Position numbers and translations under genes: made by a program
Notes under the pieces: generated by a model
Told to the model about the DNA's origin: nothing
The model's database searches: none
What the model saw: only the letters and a program-made list of their open reading frames with translations
From: a virus
Taxonomy: Duplodnaviria; Caudoviricetes
Strand: one strand, 5' to 3'
Length of the DNA: 64,000 nucleotides
Virus record (IMG/VR): IMGVR_UViG_2825252539_000001
Coordinates: 88,749 to 152,748 of that record
Shown here: positions 54,905-64,000 of the stretch, piece after piece
Layout: every line of letters starts with the position of its first letter
Position numbering within the stretch: the stretch's first letter is position 1

Positions 54905-57900
54905 CTAGGTACCGTCTTTCTGTCGCCCATCCCTGGGCATATTGTCGTACTCGTCTCGCCAGGCGGCGATCCGTTGTTGCGCGAGTAGCGCACGATCTTT
55001 TGATTGATCAAGGATGATCAATTCTTCAGCAATGAGCTTGAGCAGCTCGGCTTTTCGCGATCCATACCACTGCTCTCGGTCGCAGCAGGCAACCAGATGA
55101 GATACCTGCATCCCTGGGATATGGCAGGCGCATTGGCAACCGACTGGAGCGCAGCTAGTCATCATAGGATTGCCAGTCCTGCAGGTCGTCGTCGGTGATT
55201 AACGTGATGACGACCTGCGCCACTCGCTCGTCGGGTTCGTTGGCGTCGCCGTAGTCGACGATCCAGCCCCAGATCTCGTATCCACCGTCGCCAAAGCCGG
55301 CTGTGAATCGGATACCGGTTCCAAAGTCCTCGGCATGCTCAGACACGGCGTAGTGAGACTGCGTCTTCGGAATGCGTACCCGGGGCCAGTCTTTGGTGTC
55401 GATGAGTAGATCTGTGATGGCGATGGTCGCCGAATCGACACCGACCTCGCCCAGCTTCTCCCAGCGCCCATCACGGCCTATCGCCGGAGTCTTTGGCGCG
55501 CTCATTCTTCCGTCGGCCATGGGTCGGGTTGATAGTCGGGCCGGCGCAGGTATCGCGGGTTCACAACTCGCAGCCCGGGTGCGTAGTACCAATATCGTTC
55601 CTCTGGATTCTCGGCGAAATGCGCCTCAGCGTCTTTGTTCACAACTCACCTAGGCAGTACTCGTGGAATTCCCAGTAGACGTCGTCGAAGTCGGAGAAGC
55701 TCATCGCTACTTCTATGCAGTACTCTTCGGCGCGGACTATGCAGTCGAAGCACGTCTGTTGTCCGGCTCGCTTAACGGTTCCGTCCGAGTGGATCTGGTA
55801 AAACCCTTTCGACCGGCGGTTGGTGTTCCGCAATGTGATGCGGTGGCCGTGATCCGCCACGTCGAGCCTGCCGCGGAGCGTGGTAGTAAAGGGCAAGTGA
55901 TCACGTAGCGCTTCGACTGCTGCCACCGCTGGCTCCGGATCGGGGTAACCGGTCGGAAGCTTCAGGCGGACTTCGTGTTCAGCGAGTGTGACCCGCGGCT
56001 TCTTAACGTCGGTGTGGGTGACGACGACGGGTCGACTCATACTCACTCCTCCTATACGCCAGATCGAGAATTGGCTCCCAAGTAATCACCCTGCCCGGTC
56101 GACACCACACGCCACCGACGCGACGCACCTGCTGGTTATGCCGAGGCCGGTGGCGGCCATGCCAGTAAGTGAATTGAGCGCTGTCCAGCGTTCCGTCTGG
56201 ATAGCGATAGATCCACTGGCTCTCAAGACTCGCCATCAATCTCCCAACCGGGTGGCCCCGCATGATCGGCGTGCACCCACACATCGATCGGCTTCCCATC
56301 GACTCGGACCCTTACGATCCGCACCTCGCTAAACTCGGTGATCGGTTCATGACACTTGAAACATTCGGGACTACTCTTCGCTGCCTCGATGAGCTGTTCA
56401 ACACTCGTGCTTGACTCGTGCCACTCCTCGGCCAGTTCATCGAGTTTCCGATTCCACGCCGCGACGGTGACCGGAACCCCCTTGCATGAATGCGTAACTG
56501 GCCAGATCCATTTGCCGCACGTCTGACATTCACTTCGCCCGTCGCCAGGATTAGTGTACGGGTGGTCGGTCATGTTAAATCCCAGGGCGCCCGGGCGATC
56601 CACCGCTTGCCGCATGGGCATTCTACAAGGACACCGTAGCGACGACGCACCTTCCGCCCACCGTTCGGCTTGCCGATCTCCACCCATGAGAGACCATGTC
56701 GCAGCACCACTTCATGCCAAAGCCGGTTGAGTGTCGTCATCTAGGTTCCTTTCACGTCGTGCCGTAGCAAGAGCCGGCGTGACTTTCGTCCAGCGGGTGA
56801 CCGCAACCAGGGCATAGGTGATAGGTGACGCCCGAGTGAGCCCGGTTGATGTATTTCATGTCATCGAGCACGACGCCGATATCGGCTGCCACCACGGCAC
56901 ATTGAGCCCATCCGAGCCACCGCCCGAGCTTCGACTCGGAGAATTCACCCGACTCCGCAATATCAAGCATTGACCGAAGATGCGCGAAACCGACAGTGCT
57001 GCCTGGTTTCTCCGGCATGTCGTGGAACCGCGCAAGCGCAATCGTGTCGCGGAACGCTGCTAGTTGATCCATGCTTAACCCGGGTGGACGGGACAGTCGG
57101 GGTGATCACCATCATCACGACATACGCAGCCCTCGTCGGTTGAACCAATGACGGCTTCCAACACAGTGTGCACGGTATCGATGACCCACCCGTCTGGCAT
57201 GTCCTCCTGCGACACCATGTACTTGTCGAGAAGCTTTTCAAGGTCGTCTATCAACGACTGCTCGATTGCGCGTTCTCGATCGTCTAACGTTGTCTTGCCC
57301 ATTCGATCTCCTTACTAGCCGAATCCAGCCGGCGCGCCACCGTTGTCGCGATCTCGCCAGCGTCTTGCCCGCAGCGAGCACATGCGCTTCCACTTAACAG
57401 ACCAGTGCGGGAAGAACCACTCGTCGAGCATGGACAGCCGGTACACGCCTATCCACACCTCTTTGCACTCTGGACATATCCAGATGTCTCCGCGGCCCTG
57501 CAGGGGACGCACGTGGCTCTCGGTGGGTCTCCCGCTGCACCAGCGATGCCGGCGATTCCGCTTCCGGAGGTAGCCCTCGGCGATACCGTCGCTCACATTT
57601 CTCCTAATGCTTCGAGTCGCGGCTCTTCGTCGATATCGCTCCCGGGTTGCCATGTGTAGAACAGCGGCGATTGCCCACGCGTGCGGATCGTGACGTGCAC
57701 ATGCCGCTGGCACACCGAGTGTCCATTGACCACGAAGGCGGCCGGTCGATACGGCTCACCATCTCGCATGAAGCACTCCACACAGTTCACAGCGAGACGA
57801 GCCCCAGAACTATCAGGACGATCCCAACCGGTGCAGCGATGATGCCGAGGCCACACGCGACCGTCACGAGGGTGTCTCGCCAGTCGAACCCGGTGAATAC

Positions 57901-60859
57901 GAACACTGCGAAGATGATTGCGAGGAATCCGCTTAGGATCAGAATTGCTGAAGTCATGTGTTCCCCTTTAGCCGCAACGGCATTCGGCCGGAATTCGGAG
58001 GCAGCCAGTACACCGCACCGTCTTGCCGTGCCGGTCATAGGCACCGATGTACAGTTCCCAACGCCCGCAGGGGCATCGGCCAAGGCTCGGTTTGGCGTTG
58101 CAGTCGCATCCGGGGTGTGGGCACGCCATGTCAGACCTCCCGCAATGGCATGAGCCGGCCGCCGGAAACAAAGAGCCTGACGGGCCTATCCTCAAAGCCA
58201 GTCCAGCGGTCGTGGTCGATACCTTGGTCAAGCGCGAGGGAGAACGGACACTCGCGCAAATCGATTCCACTGTCCTTGCATTCGCGCGAGTGCAAGATGT
58301 AGAACATCTGGTCCGACGACACTGCGCGACCGTAATGTGCTGTGGCATGCCGTGATACGCCGACGAGACGTTCGATGTGCTCAGGAGCTACTAGATTGCT
58401 CACGTTCCATCAACTCCACATCCGCGGCAGAGCAGGATTCGCCCGTCCATGATCCAGATCGTCTCGCCGCGCTCGGCCTGACATTCCTCGGGCTCGTACG
58501 GCCACTGGTGGTAGAAGCTGAGCCGCCCAACACGTCGGCCCGGGTAGACGAACTGACCATTGTGATGCAGAGGCAGTCGCTCTTCCCAATACCCACCGAT
58601 TTCGGACAGGTCTGGTATTTCGTCGTTTTCGTACACTTGCCCTCGTTCGATTACTTCAAGAAGTCCCCGCACAATGTCAGCCCATTGGCACGCCTGGTCA
58701 TAGTCGTCGTACATGCCTGGCGCCCCATAGCCGTTTAGGACCGCCTCCGCCAGCGCAACGGCTCCCTCATCCCAGCTGCGCATGGCTCTCGAAGGCCGGA
58801 TTCGGCCAGACGGTGATGTGCTTGAGGTACTCGTCCCAGCGATGCGCTTCAACACTGCCGTCTGATTTGAGTTCCAGTCGACCAGACCAGCGTTGCCGCC
58901 AGTCTGGGCCGTACTCCATTACCAGGCCCAACCAATCGCTACCGCTGGCACGGAGGTAGTCCTCGGCGTCCTGCGGCCGTTGGCCGAACGGGCATTCCGT
59001 TTCGAACACCGCTTCGGACCAGTCCTGCGAATACAGTTTGATCTTTCGGATGGCATTCACTACGCCATCGCCTTAACTGACGGCAGGCTGTGGCGATTGA
59101 GGCGCTGAGTCTCCCTGAGCTGATCCTCGCGGAGTTTATGCTCATGGACTTCGGCGACAGTCCACCATTCGCCAGAGGGCAAGACCTCGACAGAGCATCC
59201 GACGACGGCGCCGCGGGCTTCGATCCAACCCACCATCTCTGACTCGCCCTGCGTTAGCCGGCATTGATAGAACCACTTCACTGTCTAACTCCTAAGCCTT
59301 GCTGTAGACCGCGAGACCGGGCTCGCCCTGCAGGGTGCCGCAGCGCTTACAGTCGTATTCACTGCGCGTGCCAACGCCGTAGTAGGCATTGGGATCGAAG
59401 TAGTCCTCTTCACGAATACTGCTCTGGGCAATGAAGCGCCCGCACTGGCGACACAGAAAGCGGACGTCAATCTCATGAAGCTCGCGCGATGCGATCAGGT
59501 GTCCGCGGCCGTAGCGCTCAGCACAGCCACGACACTCCGCCATCCGGACGGGATGACCGGCAGTATCGGCATAGCCCGAGTCTGCGCCCGGGAATATCGT
59601 ATGCTCGATGTACATATCTCCAGGCCGGATGAGATGGCAGTCTCGGCGCGTCTTGCGCGCCCGTCGAACCCTTGCGGTAGTAGTCACCTCAACCCTGCTT
59701 CCGAATGTAAGCGCCGGCATCCGTGCGGTTGCATAGATCGAGTGCGATCCGCGCCGCCTCTGCCTGAGGCAAGTCACGCTTCACAATGCGAGAGTCGTAG
59801 TTGCTAATGACCTCGTAGAGAGCTTGTTTCGTCACAACGCCCCTTCGTGATCCGTCATGCAGTCCTCCGGACAGTCATCGGTGCACAGAGTGACCCAGCA
59901 ATCCCACATCCGGCAGTGCTCATCATCCGCGCACCACTTGCAGGTGCAGTCGCACTCCACTTCGGGCGTTTGTCCTCGCCGCACTTCTCACACTTCACGT
60001 AGTAGTTCGGGCTAAAGTGCCCACACTTCCGACAGGGCCAACTGAAGCTCATCGGACCGGGTACGCCTTTGTGCCGCAGTCTGCTTCGCCGTTGTCGCTG
60101 TGCACGTACATCGCGCGGATGGTCGAAAAAATGATCCATCGATCGCAATATATGCACTTCCATGTCTCGGCTTTGCTCATCGAGACGTCCTTGGGGTGGT
60201 GTAAAACCATCTAAGGAATCTGGCGAGCGGCCACCCAATCAGGAACAGCGGCCAGAACACGACGATCAGTACAGCTTCGATGACTTCGTCATCACTTGGC
60301 CACCTCTGCCGGCGATACCAAACACGACTGATGTTCAAGCCGATGACGACATAGGCGAGCAGCGAGAGTAGGAAGGTCATAGGTGCCCCGCCGCGGCGAG
60401 TTGGCAGAGTCCACACTTGCACGAGAGGCGATCCCAGCTCGGCGTGTCGGTATAGGGCGCGAGGCGGGGGTCCTCTTCTCGGGGTTCACGTTCCCACGAC
60501 GGGGTGACGTCGTAGGAGCCGATGTCTTCAGCTTTCATGATCTCTCGTTAGTCGTCTATGTCGTCTGCGCTACATGCGCGACAGCTAGTGGAGTTCGGCG
60601 GGTCGAGCACCGCTTTGCAGGTCTGGCAGTATCCGGGCCACGGTTTCGGCGCCTGGTCGAGGATCTGGCGGAGTTCGTAGGAGACACAGTCGAGGACATA
60701 GCCCTCATGGTCTGGTCCATACCCCTCTTGCCATGGACCCCAACCGAACTCGCCCTTGTATCGCCATTTCTCAGCCAGCTCCCGAATAGACCGAAGGGCC
60801 TTCGCCTGCCCCTCAATGACCTCCCACAACTCTGGGGCTGAGGCCTGAAACAGATTCAC
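54905..60859 (-). other. Long run of small leftward hypothetical genes (e.g. 54905-55165, 55639-56046, 56752-57072, 57075-57302, 58131-58403, 58767-59060, 59060-59281, 60548-60859)
   Basis: Tiled ORFs with coupled starts and stops; no function recognised. Confidence 0.6.
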
Positions 60860-61872
60860 GAGAGCAGCAGCAGTTTTGTGTTCGGCACGAGCTTGCGGTT
60901 GTTACTCGTGCTTTGGACAAAGATGTCGTAGTCCGCGTTGTGATCGGGGGAGACCCGGACCTCATGGTCGGGCAGGTTGAGTAGCCGGCGCGCGTCCCGC
61001 CCGACGTACACACCCTTCTTTCCGAGGATGGCGATATCTTTCTGTGGCTGAACCTTTTCCGGCTTGGAGAGCTGGTAGTACGCCTCGCCACGGCGATATG
61101 CCCGCCCGGTCTTGCGTTCCACGAACTCGTCGATCCGACCCTCGGTCGTGATGTCCAGCAACCGGAACTGCCCGAAGTGCAAGGCGTCAAGGTTTCGGCT
61201 CACGGTGTCCAATGATGGGGTGTCCATCGCGAAAAGGTTCCGAGACCCACGGATACCCTGACTGCGGGACACCATGAAGTTCTCGGTGGTTTGACGGATC
61301 TTCTCGCCGGCTTCTGCCACGCCGGCCGCGGTGGTTGCATCCCACACGGCGATGTTCTGCGCCGGGAAGCCGAACCGCTTGGCCTCGTGCACCGCAAGCG
61401 GATTCGGCACGAACGTTGCCACTGTCCAGTGATCGGGGAGTCCCTGAATCTTCCGCAGGAGCACCTCTGGCTGATCACGTGACGAGTTCTCTTCACCGTC
61501 GGTCAGAACGTAGATGAGGAACGAGTGCTCGCCGTACTTCTCAGGAGTCAGCGCGAGGTCGTTCAGCGCCAGCAAGGACGCGTCAACCAGCGGTGTCATA
61601 CCGCCTGTCCGGTACAGGCCGGCGATCGACGGAACGCGGAGCACGTCCTTGTCGTAGATCAGGCATTGGATAACCGGTGTGCGGTCACCATTGGCCGGCG
61701 TGTTGAAGGTGTAGACCGTGATCCGGGTTTCCTGGTCGAGTTCCTTGGATCGTCGTGCCAGGTGCTCGATTTGGCTGTCTACGACCTTGATCAGCTGACC
61801 GGCGACGCCGTTCATAGACAAGGATGCGTCCAGAACGAACGCGACGTGGTTGATGATGTTGGCGGCTGCCAT
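60856..61872 (-). CDS. vWA-domain protein with an uncharacterised C-terminal domain
   Basis: FVLDASLSM MIDAS, GMTPLVDA, VLTDGEENSS. Confidence 0.85.
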   Translation of the reverse strand: MAAANIINHVAFVLDASLSMNGVAGQLIKVVDSQIEHLARRSKELDQETRITVYTFNTPANGDRTPVIQCLIYDKDVLRVPSIAGLYRTGGMTPLVDASLLALNDLALTPEKYGEHSFLIYVLTDGEENSSRDQPEVLLRKIQGLPDHWTVATFVPNPLAVHEAKRFGFPAQNIAVWDATTAAGVAEAGEKIRQTTENFMVSRSQGIRGSRNLFAMDTPSLDTVSRNLDALHFGQFRLLDITTEGRIDEFVERKTGRAYRRGEAYYQLSKPEKVQPQKDIAILGKKGVYVGRDARRLLNLPDHEVRVSPDHNADYDIFVQSTSNNRKLVPNTKLLLLS

Positions 61873-61884
61873 GTCAGTTTCCTT

Positions 61885-63138
61885 TAGAAGATGTTGATGA
61901 ATTCGAGGTCAGGGAACTCCAGGGCGAAGTTCAACCTGGCTTCCTGAGAGGTGTCACCCTCGATGATGTAGGCGAGCTGGCCGCCGTCCCGGTCGCGACC
62001 TACGACATACCAAGCCTTCACGGCGCGTTCTTCATCTTTCATCGCGCGTTCCTCATTCGGATGTTGACGTTGTCACCGGGTTGCATCGGCCAGGTGGCCC
62101 AGAGCACGGCCTCGGCGAAAGACCCCGTAGTGGTGCTGTCACCAGTCTCGGGACATTGGACGTGCCAGGTGTTTTCGGTCCACTTAGTGATGTCGACGTC
62201 CATCAGAGCTGTTCCCTCAGCCAGGACTGCAGCATGTCCGCCAGGGTCCGTTCACCGGGTCGGTTCCAGCTCTCGTCTTTGGGAGGATTTTCGCGAATCA
62301 ATTTGAGAGTTTTGGACACTGCATTCATCTGCTTAGGGGTCATGGTTGATTCCTTTTTCGCTGCGGCCATTCTCGGTACCGGTCGCCCTTGATGCCACGG
62401 GTCGGTGACAGAGCCCCAACACCGGAGACAATTACCGCCGATGACACCTTCAGGACCCTCGAACGGGTGAGGCTCATAGAGCATCGTCATCTCCCATGAA
62501 CAGTTGCAGCATTGGAGCGACGACTTTGGGGATCTTGTCGGGGTCGACGATGATGAAGGACTGCAGCAGCTTTGAGTACCGAAGTTCTTTGCCGCTAGGC
62601 AACTTGGTCGGCTCGTCTTCACTGATGAGTCGAACCGGGATACCCCAGCATGCTGAGGGTCGGTTGAATGACGACCATCGACCGTCGGCGTCGTCGGCCG
62701 GCGGGAAGGCCGCTTTGATCGCGTTCCACTGCTCTTGGGTGAGATACAAGGCGCCCTCGACGTACTGAGGATGCTTGGGCTCCCACTCCCACGGCTTTTC
62801 TAGGCAAGCCGCCTTGATCGCCTCCATGACGATGTCGGTCTTCATCCAACGTTCCTTGTCAGTAACGCGAACGGGTGCCCACAACGGCCGCCGTCGCGCG
62901 GGCAAAGCATCGCCCAGTGTTCGTATGCGGCGACTTGCACTCGCACTTCGCCGACTCCGACTTCTTTGCCCACCAGCTCGCGCGGGTGGGAGAGTTCGGC
63001 CGGCAGATCCTCGGGTAGGAATGAGTACGCCGTGCCGCGCCCGATGATGTTGAAGTGGCCGCGGTAAGGGAGTCGATGTAGAACGTCAGTCATCAGAACC
63101 CTCGCAAGGCCTGGAAGTCGCTCAGCACCGCGCGCCAC
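61885..63138 (-). other. Small leftward hypothetical genes
   Basis: Tiled ORFs. Confidence 0.5.
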
Positions 63139-63473
63139 ATAGCGTGGTAGCGGTTGCGGTCGGCTATCACGTATTCGAGAGCTTCGACGAGTTCCGGGAT
63201 CAGGGTTCTGGCCTCGGCGATGAAGGCCACGTTTGCTTCCGCGCTGCCGAGTTCTGGCGTGCGGTCACCTTCATCCCAGTGTGGTCGGGTCTGGTCGACA
63301 GTGACGACACGGCGGGTCCGGGTGTACGGATTGCTCGTCTCGATGGTGGCCTTGACGACAGTCCGCCGGCCGGCCCGCATCCCATCGATCTCCTCGGCGA
63401 CATCCCATGGTCCTGGGGTGGTACCAGCCAGGGAGTCTTTTGCTCGCTGCAGAAGCGTTTGAATGTCAGACAT
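63093..63473 (-). CDS. Ead/Ea22-like protein (second paralog)
   Basis: AKDSLAGTTPGPW...ANVAFIAEARTLIPELVEALE. Confidence 0.6.
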   Translation of the reverse strand: MSDIQTLLQRAKDSLAGTTPGPWDVAEEIDGMRAGRRTVVKATIETSNPYTRTRRVVTVDQTRPHWDEGDRTPELGSAEANVAFIAEARTLIPELVEALEYVIADRNRYHAMWRAVLSDFQALRGF

Positions 63474-63830
63474 CGCGCTCCACCAGGAAGTCGATGCCGT
63501 AGATCAAAGTTCCGCAGCCGTGGATCTCTTGCAGGCTGAAGCCGTTGGCGACCAGAGTTCGGAACTCAGCGGCCGTCTCTTCGTCGGCGGGGATAACGAC
63601 CGTGGCGGTGCCGTCGTCATTTGGCACCAGCACCCTAGGGAATGAATCGGGTTCGCTCACTACAGCTCCCAAATGGATTCGATGTCATCGAGCCCGATGA
63701 ATAGCGGGTCAGGCACTGCTGCACGCCATTCCACTTTGCGAAGATCGCTACCGACTCGCGTCGCCTTGAAGTCCTCGCATTTGATGACGATGGAACGCCC
63801 TGACTTGTAATTGATCTGGACCTTGCTCAT
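63466..63830 (-). other. Two small hypothetical genes (63466-63672 and 63660-63830)
   Basis: Tiled ORFs; the second reads [13 protein letters not shown]... Confidence 0.5.
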
Positions 63831-64000
63831 CGCTTCCCGATCGGCCGCATCAATGCATCGATCGAGTCTCGTTCCACGCGAATTAGCCGAGGGCCAAGGC
63901 GGACGGCCTTGAGTCGGCCGTCCGCGATGTAGCGGCGGACCGTCTTAGTGCTGACGTTGAGGTGGTCAGCAGCCTGCTGGATCGACACTCTGGGGGGCAT
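63827..64000 (-). CDS. Excisionase-like winged-HTH DNA-binding protein
   Basis: [42 protein letters not shown]. Confidence 0.85.
   Translation of the reverse strand: MPPRVSIQQAADHLNVSTKTVRRYIADGRLKAVRLGPRLIRVERDSIDALMRPIGKR

Noticed and set aside
40200-64000. tRNA or tmRNA genes expected alongside the CCA-adding enzyme
   Set aside because: No cloverleaf or T-loop found by eye, and the gaps are filled by micro-ORFs; a tRNAscan run is still needed
63827-64000. Excisionase as evidence of an integration cassette
   Set aside because: No integrase or attP is visible in the window, and such HTH genes often occur alone

Overview
A GC-rich siphovirus of a mycobacterial or related actinobacterial host, read across its probable packaging junction. 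Bases 1-2300 hold small leftward genes driven by two matched leaderless promoters. A candidate cos site (TGAC-ATCC-GTCA) lies at about 2500. A rightward virion and lysis operon runs from 2599 to 40128: ATPase-only terminase paralog, HNH, TerS, TerL, portal, protease, HK97-type capsid, three glycosyltransferases plus a UDP-glucose dehydrogenase, neck, tail tube with an Fn3-like domain, tail chaperones, tape measure, minor tails, Ig-repeat and SGNH proteins, a papain-like peptidase, LysA, LysB, holin and NrdH. After a terminator comes a dense leftward arm of small ORFs, including an RNA ligase, CCA-adding enzyme, ATP-grasp, cyclic-phosphate receiver, macro domain, serpin-like protein, Lsr2, Pol-beta nucleotidyltransferase, vWA and an excisionase-like HTH. 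I saw no integrase, polymerase, tRNA or CRISPR array. The top candidate for new biology is a 56-nt, stop-containing perfect hairpin bounded by matched TGG codons that splits a minor tail gene, suggesting ribosomal bypassing or a micro-intron. Other highlights are a strictly 10-bp phased AT/GC tract, a repeated TGGCACT-loop hairpin before the capsid and tail-tube genes, and two enzymes that appear to need non-canonical start codons. Protein calls rest on motif recognition and synteny only; no database search was run.
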